Assembly (NCBI RefSeq): GCF_036002505.1 | Contig: NZ_DASYTH010000428.1 | Location: 76,002 to 140,001 of the forward strand | Origin: Actinophytocola sp. | Lineage (GTDB): Bacteria > Actinomycetota > Actinomycetes > Mycobacteriales > Pseudonocardiaceae | Length of the DNA: 64,000 nt | Direction of reading: 5' to 3' | In this document: piece by piece, positions 17,872 to 26,680 of the stretch | Layout of the letters: every line of letters starts with the position of its first letter | Numbering within the stretch: position 1 is the stretch's first letter | The notes under the pieces: model-generated | Told to the model about the DNA's origin: nothing | Seen by the model: only the letters and a program-made list of their open reading frames with translations | The model's database searches: none | Translations under genes and position numbers: made by a program

Positions 17872-18930
17872 TCAGCGGGCCGGGCCGTCCTGGTCCACGG
17901 TGTTCTGGCCGGAGCCGCCGGACAGCAGATCCTGGTCGGGGCCGCCGTGGAGGGTGTCGTTGCCGGAGCCGCCGCTGATCACGTCCCGGCCGGTGCCGCC
18001 GTAGATCACGTCGTCGCCCGGGCCGCCGCTGATCAGGTCGGTGCCGTCGCCGCCGCAGATGATGTCGTCGCCGCCCTGGCCGGCGATGGCGTCGGTGCCG
18101 CCCTTTCCGTTGATCACGTCGTCGCCCGGTGTGCCGTGCAGGGCGTCGGCACGGTCGGTGCCGAGGACGGTCGGGGTGCGGCCGCCGCAGACGTCGCGCT
18201 CGTCGGTGCCGGTGACCGTGAGGTTGCGCATGCGGCCGAAGTTGTCGAAGGAGCCGAAGCCGACGCGGCCGGAGGTGAGGGTCGTGGAGGTGGCGGTCAT
18301 CCGGGGCTTGGAGAGGTCGTCGACGAAGACCTCGATCCGGCCGGTCTCCACGCAGTGCGTGACCCGGACGCGGTGCCACTCGGTGTCGCGGATCGACGGT
18401 TCGGCGCCGATGTTCGGGTTGCTGTTCAGCCACTGGTCGTCGATGCGCAGCCGGTCGGCGTTGTTGACCACGAAGATCCCGTTGTGCGGGTAGATCGTGT
18501 TGTCCTGGGACAGGTGCGCGTAGTTGAACTCGGTGTCCGACCGCCAGCTGAAGATGATGATCACGTCGCGGTCGTTGCGGGTGACCGGCTCGTCGATGCG
18601 AACCTCGGCGTCGATCCGCACCGAGGCGAACTCGGGGCCGGAGAGCAGCGTGGCGTACTCGAACGGCCGGCGTGGCGGGCCCGGGTTGTCGCCCCGCTCG
18701 GCGAGGATCACCTGATCGCCGGGGAACTCCCACTTGGCCGGGTGCAGGGGCCGCCAGTTCTGCGCCGCCATCACGTTGTTCACCGTGGTACTCCCGAAAC
18801 AACTGCCGGCCGGGGTGATCGGAGCTGCCGGGGTGGCGGCCGCGGGACCGGTCAATCCGGTGGCGGCCAGCGCAAGGCAGCCGAGCAGAACGAGCGGAAC
18901 GCGGCGAGCCGCACGGGCGGACACGGCCAT
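17872..18930 (-). CDS. Secreted LamG/concanavalin-like protein with C-terminal RTX-type Ca-binding repeats
   Basis: Signal peptide; GGxGxD nonapeptide repeats (GTPGDDVINGKGGTDAIAGQGGDDIICGGDGTDLISGG...). Confidence 0.8.
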   Translation of the reverse strand: MAVSARAARRVPLVLLGCLALAATGLTGPAAATPAAPITPAGSCFGSTTVNNVMAAQNWRPLHPAKWEFPGDQVILAERGDNPGPPRRPFEYATLLSGPEFASVRIDAEVRIDEPVTRNDRDVIIIFSWRSDTEFNYAHLSQDNTIYPHNGIFVVNNADRLRIDDQWLNSNPNIGAEPSIRDTEWHRVRVTHCVETGRIEVFVDDLSKPRMTATSTTLTSGRVGFGSFDNFGRMRNLTVTGTDERDVCGGRTPTVLGTDRADALHGTPGDDVINGKGGTDAIAGQGGDDIICGGDGTDLISGGPGDDVIYGGTGRDVISGGSGNDTLHGGPDQDLLSGGSGQNTVDQDGPAR

Positions 18931-19181
18931 GGGCACCTCCCCGGGGGTTAGGAAAGCGTTTTCCTGTCAGCTAAGCACATGCCGTCGAGACCGACGTACC
19001 GCCGATCGGGCTAACGGCTCGAATTCATCCGATCTCTGCCATGACTGTCTGTGACATGTGGACGAACATGTCCCACTCAGGGGGACGCGAGTTTCCGGAA
19101 ACCTTGGCAGGACTAGCAATTCGCCGCGCGGCACTCCTAACCTGGGGGAGTCCACTCACTCACTGATCCGAGGAGCGGAAG

Positions 19182-19283
19182 ATGATCGAAACCCCTGAGT
19201 ACGAGGTCTGGACCACTCCGGACTTCGTCGAGTACGAGACTCCGATGGAGGTCACGGCGTACGTGGCCCGGATGGAGGACTGA
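19182..19283 (+). CDS. pqqA: PQQ precursor peptide
   Basis: 33 aa, MIETPEYEVWTTPDFVEYETPMEVTAYVARMED: W-x2-P...E-V-T-x-Y core (Glu-x3-Tyr); GGAG RBS; not in the ORF track. Confidence 0.85.
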   Translation: MIETPEYEVWTTPDFVEYETPMEVTAYVARMED

Positions 19284-19347
19284 CCGGCGGGGCGGGGGCC
19301 GGCCGCGTCCCGGTTCCCGCTCGGCCCAAACCCCTGGAGGTACGCCC

Positions 19348-20055
19348 TTGCCCACGGCCGACCCGCCGCTGACCGGCGCGGAGCTGGTCACGGCGCTGCG
19401 CGGACTCTCCCATCGTTACTGGGGCACCCACCCGTTCCACCGGCGCCTGCACGCCGGTGAGCTGAGCAAGGCTGAGCTGCGGCGGTGGGCGGCGAACCGC
19501 TGGTACTACCAGAGCATCCTGCCGCAGAAGGACGCGGCGATCATCGCCAACTGCCCGCTGCCCGACATCCGCCGGCAGTGGCTGCCCCGGATCGCCTACC
19601 ACGACGGGTCGGCGAACGGCGACGGCGGCCGGGAGCGGTGGCTCCGGCTGTGCGAGGCGGTCGGGCTGATCCGGGACGAGGTGCTGTCCGAGCGGCACGT
19701 GCTTCCCGGTGTGCGGTTCGCCGTCGACGCCTACGTGACGTTCGCGCGCACCCGGCCCTGGCTCGAGGCGGTCGCCTCCAGCCTGACCGAGATGTTCGCC
19801 GGACACCTGATGCGCCAACGGGTTGCCGACATGCTGGCCAACTACCCGTGGATCGGCCAGGACGACCTGGCCTACTTCACCAACCGGATCGACGCGGTCT
19901 CCGGCGAGGGCAGGGATACGATCGACATCGTGGTGCGGCACTGCGTCACCCGGGCCCAGCAGGAGGCCGCGATCGCCGCGCTGTCCTTCAAGTGCGACGT
20001 CCTCTGGTCCATGCTGGACGCCATCGAACGGGGTGCATCGCATGATCCGGCCTGA
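19348..20055 (+). CDS. pqqC: Pyrroloquinoline-quinone synthase
   Basis: HPFHRRLHAGELSKAELRRWAANRWYYQ.. typical of PqqC; TTG start after GGAGG. Confidence 0.9.
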   Translation: MPTADPPLTGAELVTALRGLSHRYWGTHPFHRRLHAGELSKAELRRWAANRWYYQSILPQKDAAIIANCPLPDIRRQWLPRIAYHDGSANGDGGRERWLRLCEAVGLIRDEVLSERHVLPGVRFAVDAYVTFARTRPWLEAVASSLTEMFAGHLMRQRVADMLANYPWIGQDDLAYFTNRIDAVSGEGRDTIDIVVRHCVTRAQQEAAIAALSFKCDVLWSMLDAIERGASHDPA

Positions 20056-20308
20056 CTCGCGGCCGAGGCTGCGGCGCGGGGTGCGGCTCACCTACGACCG
20101 GGTGCGCGAGACGCACGTGCTGCTGTTTCCGGAGGGCGTGCTGGTGCCCAACCCCACCGCCGCGGCGGTGCTCGAGCTGTGCGACGGAGAGTCCACTGTG
20201 GAGCAGATCGTGGCCGCGCTGGCCAAGCGGTACCAAGGGGTTCGGGACGCCGACGTCACCGGCGTGCTCGACCGGTTCGGCGAGCGGCGGGTGGTCGAAT
20301 GGACGTGA
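20042..20308 (+). CDS. pqqD: PQQ biosynthesis peptide chaperone
   Basis: RPRLRRGVRLTYDRVRETHVLLFPEG..VLELCDG typical of PqqD; overlaps the pqqC end. Confidence 0.85.
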   Translation: MIRPDSRPRLRRGVRLTYDRVRETHVLLFPEGVLVPNPTAAAVLELCDGESTVEQIVAALAKRYQGVRDADVTGVLDRFGERRVVEWT

Positions 20309-21375
20309 GCCCGCCACTGGGCCTGCTGGCCGAGCTGACGCACCGCTGCCCGCTGCACTGCCCGTACTGCTCCAACCCGCTCGACTTGGTGCGCGGCAAG
20401 GAGGAGCTCGGCACCGGGCAGTGGCTCGGCGTGCTCGACCAGGCCCGCGACCTGGGTGTGCTCCAGGTGCACATGTCCGGTGGGGAACCGCTGGCCCGCC
20501 ACGACCTGGTCGAGCTGGTGGCGCGCGCCTCCGACCTCGGCTGCTACGTGAACCTGGTGACCAGCGGGCTGGGCCTGACCGAGCCGAAACTGGCGCGGCT
20601 GGCCGAGGCCGGCATCGCGCACGTCCAGCTGTCCGTGCAGGGCGCCGACACCGAGTTGGCCGACCGGATCGCCGGCACGACCGCGCACGCCCGCAAGCTC
20701 GCCGCGGCCGACGTGGTGAAGCGCTTCGACCTGCCGCTGACCGTGAACGTGGTGCTGCACCGGGCGAACCACCACCAGGTCGGGCCGCTGATCGAGCTGG
20801 CCGAGCGGCTCGGCGCGGACCGGCTGGAACTGGCCAACACCCAGTACTACGGCTGGGCCCTGCGCAACCGGGCCGCGCTGATGCCCACGCCCGAGCAGCT
20901 CGCAGCCGCGGAACCCGTTGTCCGGGCGGCAAAGGAGCGGCTGCGCGGGCGGATGGAGATCGTCTACGTGGTGTCCGACTACTACGAGGCGCACCCGAAG
21001 CCGTGCATGTACGGCTGGGGTGCGCGGCAGCTCACCGTGGCGCCCAACGGCGACGTGCTGCCCTGCCCGGCGGCGTCGGCGATCACCACGCTCGCCCTGG
21101 ACAACGTCCGGGACCGGCCGCTGGCCGAGATCTGGTACGACTCCTCGTCGTTCAACGCCTTCCGCGGCGAGGACTGGATGCGCGCGCCGTGCCGGGAGTG
21201 TCCACGAAGGACGATCGACTTCGGCGGCTGCCGGTGCCAGGCGTTCCTGCTCACCGGCGACGCGGCCGCGACCGATCCGGTCTGCTCGCTCTCGCCCGAC
21301 CGCCAGTTGGTCGACGCGATCCTGGCGGCGCCGGCCGACCCGCCGTTCGTCATGCGCGCCGGAGCCCCGCGGTGA
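20299..21375 (+). CDS. pqqE: PQQ biosynthesis radical SAM enzyme
   Basis: LTHRCPLHCPYCSNP (CxxxCxxC) and a SPASM-type Cys cluster. Confidence 0.9.
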   Translation: MDVSPPLGLLAELTHRCPLHCPYCSNPLDLVRGKEELGTGQWLGVLDQARDLGVLQVHMSGGEPLARHDLVELVARASDLGCYVNLVTSGLGLTEPKLARLAEAGIAHVQLSVQGADTELADRIAGTTAHARKLAAADVVKRFDLPLTVNVVLHRANHHQVGPLIELAERLGADRLELANTQYYGWALRNRAALMPTPEQLAAAEPVVRAAKERLRGRMEIVYVVSDYYEAHPKPCMYGWGARQLTVAPNGDVLPCPAASAITTLALDNVRDRPLAEIWYDSSSFNAFRGEDWMRAPCRECPRRTIDFGGCRCQAFLLTGDAAATDPVCSLSPDRQLVDAILAAPADPPFVMRAGAPR

Positions 21376-21466
21376 GCGAGCGTGCGAGCGAACCATTCAG
21401 CACTGCCCCGGCGCCGAGCCTGCGAGGCGCCAAGGTTTGCCAGAACCGAGCTTGCGAGGTGCTGGC
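21372..21466 (+). repeat. 95-nt intercistronic element, copy 1 (pqqE|pqqB)
   Basis: GTGAGCGAGCGTGCGAGCGAACCATT...; contains the pqqE TGA at nt 2-4 and ends directly at the pqqB ATG. Confidence 0.9.
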
Positions 21467-22339
21467 ATGAAGGTGCTGCTGCTCGGCACCGCGGCCGGCG
21501 GCGGCTTCCCGCAGTGGAACTGCGCCTGCCGGATGTGCACCGCCGGGCTGCCGCCGCGCACCCAGGACTGCCTGGCAGTGAGCGCGGACGGTCGCGGCTG
21601 GTACCTGGTCAACGTCTCGCCGGACATCCGGACGCAGCTCCTCGGCGCCAAGCCGCTCGCCGCCGGGCCGGGGCCGCGGGACACGCCGGTGCGCGGGGCG
21701 TTCCTCACCGACGCCGAGCTGGACCACTCGCTCGGCCTGGCCATGCTCCGGGAGGGCGCCGGGCTGCGGGTCTGGGCACCGGACGCGGTGCTCACGGCGC
21801 TGCGCGCGGACTTCCCGCTGCGCGACATCGCGGCGCGGTACGGGGGCTGGGACTGGCAGCCGGCCGGTGCCGTCGAGGTGGACGGCCTGCGGGTCACCGC
21901 CGTGCCGGTCGGCAGCAAGCGACCCAGGTACGTTCGGTCCGATGTGGACGGACCGTGGGTGGTCGCCTACCGGATCGAGGACCCGGCGACCGGGGGAGTG
22001 CTGGTCTACGCGCCGTGCCTGGCCGAGTGGTCGAAGCGCTTCGACGACCTCGTCGCGGGGGCCACCTGCGTCGTGCTCGACGGCACCTTCTACTCACCCG
22101 CCGAGATGTCCGGCGCCACCGGCGGAAAACTGGACAATGTGCAACGCGCGATGGGACACATCCCGATCGCCGGGCCGGAGGGGAGCCTCGCCCGGATCGC
22201 CGCGCATCCGGGCGTCCGCTGGGTGTACACGCACCTCAACAACACCAACCCGATCCTGGACCCCGCCGGACCCGAGCACGCCGTCGTGCTCGCCGGCGGA
22301 GCGGCGGCGCCGCCGGACGGCACCGAGCTCACCCTGTAG
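21467..22339 (+). CDS. pqqB: PQQ biosynthesis protein B (metallo-beta-lactamase fold)
   Basis: MKVLLLGTAAGGGFPQWNCACRMC typical PqqB N-terminus. Confidence 0.9.
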   Translation: MKVLLLGTAAGGGFPQWNCACRMCTAGLPPRTQDCLAVSADGRGWYLVNVSPDIRTQLLGAKPLAAGPGPRDTPVRGAFLTDAELDHSLGLAMLREGAGLRVWAPDAVLTALRADFPLRDIAARYGGWDWQPAGAVEVDGLRVTAVPVGSKRPRYVRSDVDGPWVVAYRIEDPATGGVLVYAPCLAEWSKRFDDLVAGATCVVLDGTFYSPAEMSGATGGKLDNVQRAMGHIPIAGPEGSLARIAAHPGVRWVYTHLNNTNPILDPAGPEHAVVLAGGAAAPPDGTELTL

Positions 22340-22412
22340 GTCGTTGGACCATTGTCCGGACTTCGGGCGTTCGCGCACAATGTCGGGCGGGGGAGCGAAG
22401 GAGGCAGTTCGG

Positions 22413-23417
22413 GTGACCCCGGTGGTGCGCGACCGGCTCACGTGGGGCCTGTGGAACCTGGCCCTGGCCGGCGGTTACTACGTCGCCGCGGAGCTCGGGT
22501 TGCAACTTGCCCTGGTGCGCGGCCAGATCACTCCGCTGTGGCTGCCGACCGGCATCGCGCTCGCCTGCCTGCTGGTGCATGGCCGCCGTTGCTGGCCCGG
22601 CATCGCGCTCGGGGCGTTCCTGGTCAACCTGCCGCTCGGGCCGTCCCTGCCCGCGGTGCTGGTCATCACCGCCGGCAACACCGTCGCGCCGTTGGTCGCC
22701 TGCCTGCTGCTCGACCGGATCGGGTTCCACCACGGGATGGACCGGCTCAAGGACGCCTTCGCGCTGGTCTTCGTCGGTGCCTTCGGCGGGATGCTGATCA
22801 GTGCCACGGTCGGGGTGAGCACGCTGTGGCTGTCGGACGCCCTGCCGCCGGGAGGGTTCTGGGCCGCGTGGTCGGTGTGGTGGACCGGCGACGCGATGGG
22901 CGTGCTGGTCGTCACCCCGACGCTGCTGGTGATCAGCCGGATCCGCTGGCGCGGGCGGGTGCCGGTGCTGCGCATGACCGAGGCGGTGAGCCTGCCGCTG
23001 GCCATCGCCGGCGTCCTGGTGCTGGCGAACCAGACCCGGATGCCGCTGTTCTTCCTCGCGTTCCCGCTGCTCGTCTGGGCCGCGGTGCGGTTCCAGCTGC
23101 GCGGCGCGGCGCCGTGCGCGCTGCTCATGTCCCTCGCCGCGGCCTACGGCGCGGCCAAGGGCATAGGACCGTTCGCCCGTCTCGACGTGCTGGACAAGAT
23201 GATCGCCCTGCAGGCGTTCAACGCCTCCACCGCGCTCACCGCGCTGCTGCTCGCCGCGATCACCACCCAGCGCAACGAGGCGCAGCACAGCGTGGAGCGG
23301 GCCGTCGTCCAGCTGACCGACGCGGTGGCCTCGCTGGAGCCGTACAGCCTGCTGCGGGACAGCCGGCTGGAGAACGTGCTGCGGGCGCGGGCCGCGCGGG
23401 ACAAGCAGATCAGCTAG
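22413..23417 (+). CDS. MASE1 domain membrane protein without recognisable output domain
   Basis: 8 TM MASE1-like pattern (YYVAAELGLQLA..ITPLWLPTGIALA..); GTG start uncertain. Confidence 0.65.
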   Translation: MTPVVRDRLTWGLWNLALAGGYYVAAELGLQLALVRGQITPLWLPTGIALACLLVHGRRCWPGIALGAFLVNLPLGPSLPAVLVITAGNTVAPLVACLLLDRIGFHHGMDRLKDAFALVFVGAFGGMLISATVGVSTLWLSDALPPGGFWAAWSVWWTGDAMGVLVVTPTLLVISRIRWRGRVPVLRMTEAVSLPLAIAGVLVLANQTRMPLFFLAFPLLVWAAVRFQLRGAAPCALLMSLAAAYGAAKGIGPFARLDVLDKMIALQAFNASTALTALLLAAITTQRNEAQHSVERAVVQLTDAVASLEPYSLLRDSRLENVLRARAARDKQIS

Positions 23418-23428
23418 TTTCTCCGATC

Positions 23429-24385
23429 GTGGGCAAAGATTCCGCGGTGGAGCTCGAGGTCGGGCACCGGACGGTGCGAATCTCCAACCCGGACCGGGTG
23501 TACTTCCCGGCCCGTGGTGAGACCAAGCTCGACCTGGCCAACTACTACCTCTCCGTGGGCGACGGCATCGTCCGGGCGCTGCGCGAGCGGCCGTGCATGC
23601 TGCACCGCTTCCCGTCCGGTGTGTCCGGTGACAAGGTGCACCAGAAGCGCGTGCCGCACGGCGCGCCGCCGTGGCTGTCGACCGTGCGCGTGCACTTCCC
23701 GCGCTACGGCCGGCACGCCGACGAACTGTGCGTCACCGAGCTCGCCCACGTGATCTGGGCGGTGCAGATGTCCACTGTGGAGTTCCACCCGTGGAACTCC
23801 CGGCGCGCCGACACGGAGCAGCCGGACGAGTGGCGGATCGACCTGGATCCCATGCCGCAGTGCGGTTTCGACACCGTCCGCCGGGTCGCCCACGTGGCCC
23901 ACGAGATCCTCGACGAGCTGGGCGCGGTCGGCTGGCCGAAGACCTCCGGCGGCCACGGCATGCACATCTACGTCCGGATCAAACCCGACTGGGGATTCTC
24001 CGACGTCCGCCGCGCCGCCCTCGCCTTCGCCCGCGAAGTGGAACGCCGCGCCCCCGACGACGTCACCACCACCTGGTGGCGCAAGGACCGCGATCCCACC
24101 ATGCTCTTCGTCGACTACAACCAGAACGCCCGCGACCACACGATCGCCAGCGCCTACTCGGTCCGCGGCAACCCCGAGGGCACCGTCTCCACCCCGATCA
24201 CCTGGTCCGAAGTAGACGACGTCGACCTGCGCGAGTTCACCATCGCCACCGTCCCCGACCGCTTCGCCAAACTCGGCGACCTCCACGAAGGCATCGACGA
24301 CGCGGTGTTCTCGCTGGAGCCCCTGCTGGAGTGGGCCGACCGCGACGAACGCGAAGGCGCCCAGGACCCCGGCGAGGACGCCTGA
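23429..24385 (+). CDS. Standalone LigD-type primase-polymerase (NHEJ polymerase domain)
   Basis: RISNPDRVYFP..KLDLANYY, EFHPW, PDEWRIDLDP, TSGGHGMHIYV, VDYNQN motifs of the LigD PolDom. Confidence 0.85.
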   Translation: MGKDSAVELEVGHRTVRISNPDRVYFPARGETKLDLANYYLSVGDGIVRALRERPCMLHRFPSGVSGDKVHQKRVPHGAPPWLSTVRVHFPRYGRHADELCVTELAHVIWAVQMSTVEFHPWNSRRADTEQPDEWRIDLDPMPQCGFDTVRRVAHVAHEILDELGAVGWPKTSGGHGMHIYVRIKPDWGFSDVRRAALAFAREVERRAPDDVTTTWWRKDRDPTMLFVDYNQNARDHTIASAYSVRGNPEGTVSTPITWSEVDDVDLREFTIATVPDRFAKLGDLHEGIDDAVFSLEPLLEWADRDEREGAQDPGEDA

Positions 24386-24388
24386 CCC

Positions 24389-24531
24389 GGCGTGTTTGCG
24401 CCTGGCGTAGCCATGTTGGCTGCTGGCGTCGGCATGTTGGCTCGTGGCGCGAACGTGTCGGTGGGCTGGCCCGCGTGGCAGGCCAATACAACGACGTGAG
24501 GCGCCAACACAACGACGTGAGAGGCCAACAC
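24389..24531. repeat. 21-nt-phased repeat array related to 9655-9830
   Basis: Units at 24403, 24424 and 24445 (TGGCG..ATGTTGGC), then 24487 and 24508 (..GCCAA) in inverted sense; the 24424 unit is 16/21 identical to 9666-9686. Confidence 0.85.
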
Positions 24532-24538
24532 GCGGGGT

Positions 24539-26674
24539 TTAGGGGTCGAGCATGGTGAGGGCGGCGTGCAGGATGGTCGGCTCGTCGAGCAGGACGTGAT
24601 GGGCGGCGGGGCCGAGGGGGATGAAGCTGTCTTCGCTGGTGACGCGGCGGATGGCACCGGGGAAGCCGGCGTCGGTGAGGGCGGTGATCACGGCTTCGGA
24701 GACGCCGCCGGTGCGGCGGGTTTCGTCGACGATGAGCACGCGGCCGGTGGCGGCGGCTGCTTGGAGGAGGTCGTCGACCGGGAGGGGGGCGAGCCAGCGC
24801 AGGTCGAGGACGCGGCAGTCGACGGCGCGGTCGGCCAGGCGGCGGGCCACGCGGAGGCTCATCGGGACCCCGTTGGCGAAGCTGACCAGGGTGAGGTCGG
24901 TGCCGGTGCCGTACACGCGGGCGCGGCCGAGGGGGACGGGGTCGCCGCCGGCGGGGGCCAGCCATTGGCCGTCGCCCTCGGTGTGCAGGTCGCGGGTGTG
25001 GTAGAGGGCGATGGGCTCGAGGAACACGCAGACCCGGCCGTCCAGTTTGGACGCTGTGGCGCAGGTGCGGAGCATGGCGGCGGCGTCGTCGGCGCGGGAC
25101 GGGGAGGCGATCACCAGGCCGGGGATGTCGCGGAGCGCGGCGACCGCGTTGTCGTTGTGGAAGTGGCCACCGAAGCCCTTCTGATAGCCGTAGCCGGCGA
25201 TCCGGATGATCATGGGGTTGGTGTACCGGCCGGTCGAGAAGAACCGCAGGGTGGCGGCTTCGCCGCGGATCTGGTCGGCGGCGTTGTGCAGGTAGGCCAG
25301 GTACTGGATCTCGGCGACCGGCAGGAAGCCGCACAGTGCGGTGCCGAGCGCCGTGCCGAGGATGCTCTGCTCGTCCAGCAGCGTGTCGAAAACCCTTGCC
25401 GCGCCGAACTTCTTGAGCAGGCCGCGGGTGACGCCGTAGACGCCGCCCTTGCGTGCCACGTCCTCGCCGAACACCAGCACGTCCGGGTGCTCGGCCAGCA
25501 GGTCGGCCAGCGCCCGGTTGACGCCCTGGGCCAGGGTGAGCCGGTCGGAGCTGACCGGAACGGTGACCGGCGGCGGCTCCCGGTGCACCAGCGGCGCCAT
25601 CACCTCCGCCGCGCTCGCGAGCTTCGGGGACGCCGCGGCCTGTTCGGCGAGCGTGGCCACCTCCGCCCGCTTCTCCTCGTACCGCAGCAGAATCTCGGCC
25701 GGTGTCAGCAATCCCCGTTCCACCAGCATGATCGCGGTACGGAGCACCGGGTCGCGGCGCCGGTCGGCCTCGAGCTCGGCCGGCTCGCGGTACGCACTCT
25801 CCACATCGGACCCCGCGTGGCCGAGCAACCGCACCATCGTCAGGTGCAGGAACGCGGGCGCCCGGTTGGCCCGCACCCACTCGGCGGCCTCGGCGGCGAC
25901 CCGCGCCGTGTCGGGCAGGTCGGTGCCGTCGGCGGCGAAGTACCGCAGGCCGGATTGTCCTGAGTAGACACTCTGGATCCAGCCCGGCGGGGTGCGCACG
26001 CTGATGCCGATCCCGTTGTCCTCGCATACGAACAGCAGCGGCAGCGGGAGCTTCTGGTATGCGCAGTGCCGGGCCGAGTTGAACGCGCCCAGCGCGGTCG
26101 AGTGGTTCACCGAGGCGTCGCCGAAGCTGGCCAGCACGACGGCGTCGGCCGGCCACGGGCAGGCGAGGCCGAGCCGGGCGGCGCGCTCGAGGCCGAACGC
26201 CAGACCCACCGCGCGCGGCAGGTGTGAGGCGATCGTCGAGGTCTGCGGGATGATCGAGAGCGCGCGGTGGCCGAACACCTTGTGCCGCCCGCCGGCGATC
26301 GGCTCGGCGGCCGCGGCGGTCACCCCCAGCAGTACGTCCAGCAGCGGTGTGCTGCCCGGCACCTGGCGGGCCCGCTCCAGGTAGAACGCCCCGGAACGGT
26401 AGTGCAGCAGCGCCGGGTCCGTCGGGCGCAGCGCCGCCGCCACCGCGGCGTTGCCCTCGTGGCCCGAGGAACCGATGGTGTAGTAACCCTTTCCGGCCGC
26501 GCCCAGGTCCCGTGCGGCCAGATCCAGGTGCCGGCTGCCGAGTTGGGCGTCGAACAGCTCCAGGCAGCGGGCGCCGGTCAGCGAGCCGTCAACCGGAAGG
26601 CCCGGATCCCGGCGCTCCCGTGGGGAAAGCGCCGCCACCGTGTCCAGGAAATAGCCGTCGATCGGCTCGGCCAT
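24539..26674 (-). CDS. TPP-dependent 2-oxoacid dehydrogenase E1, fused alpha/beta
   Basis: E1-alpha motifs (GSSGHEGNAAV, FGDASVNHS, VCEDNGIGIS) followed by an E1-beta-like half. Confidence 0.85.
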   Translation of the reverse strand: MAEPIDGYFLDTVAALSPRERRDPGLPVDGSLTGARCLELFDAQLGSRHLDLAARDLGAAGKGYYTIGSSGHEGNAAVAAALRPTDPALLHYRSGAFYLERARQVPGSTPLLDVLLGVTAAAAEPIAGGRHKVFGHRALSIIPQTSTIASHLPRAVGLAFGLERAARLGLACPWPADAVVLASFGDASVNHSTALGAFNSARHCAYQKLPLPLLFVCEDNGIGISVRTPPGWIQSVYSGQSGLRYFAADGTDLPDTARVAAEAAEWVRANRAPAFLHLTMVRLLGHAGSDVESAYREPAELEADRRRDPVLRTAIMLVERGLLTPAEILLRYEEKRAEVATLAEQAAASPKLASAAEVMAPLVHREPPPVTVPVSSDRLTLAQGVNRALADLLAEHPDVLVFGEDVARKGGVYGVTRGLLKKFGAARVFDTLLDEQSILGTALGTALCGFLPVAEIQYLAYLHNAADQIRGEAATLRFFSTGRYTNPMIIRIAGYGYQKGFGGHFHNDNAVAALRDIPGLVIASPSRADDAAAMLRTCATASKLDGRVCVFLEPIALYHTRDLHTEGDGQWLAPAGGDPVPLGRARVYGTGTDLTLVSFANGVPMSLRVARRLADRAVDCRVLDLRWLAPLPVDDLLQAAAATGRVLIVDETRRTGGVSEAVITALTDAGFPGAIRRVTSEDSFIPLGPAAHHVLLDEPTILHAALTMLDP

Positions 26675-26680
26675 CGCCGG

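Noticed and set aside
16918-18951. 677-aa ORF on the + strand
   Set aside because: It is antisense to the epimerase and RTX/LamG genes and crosses the 21-nt repeat array. It has no motifs.
19284-19347. Possible attenuator hairpin between pqqA and pqqC
   Set aside because: The region is G+C-rich, but I could not trace a convincing long stem. Only GGCCGGCC and short pairings were found.
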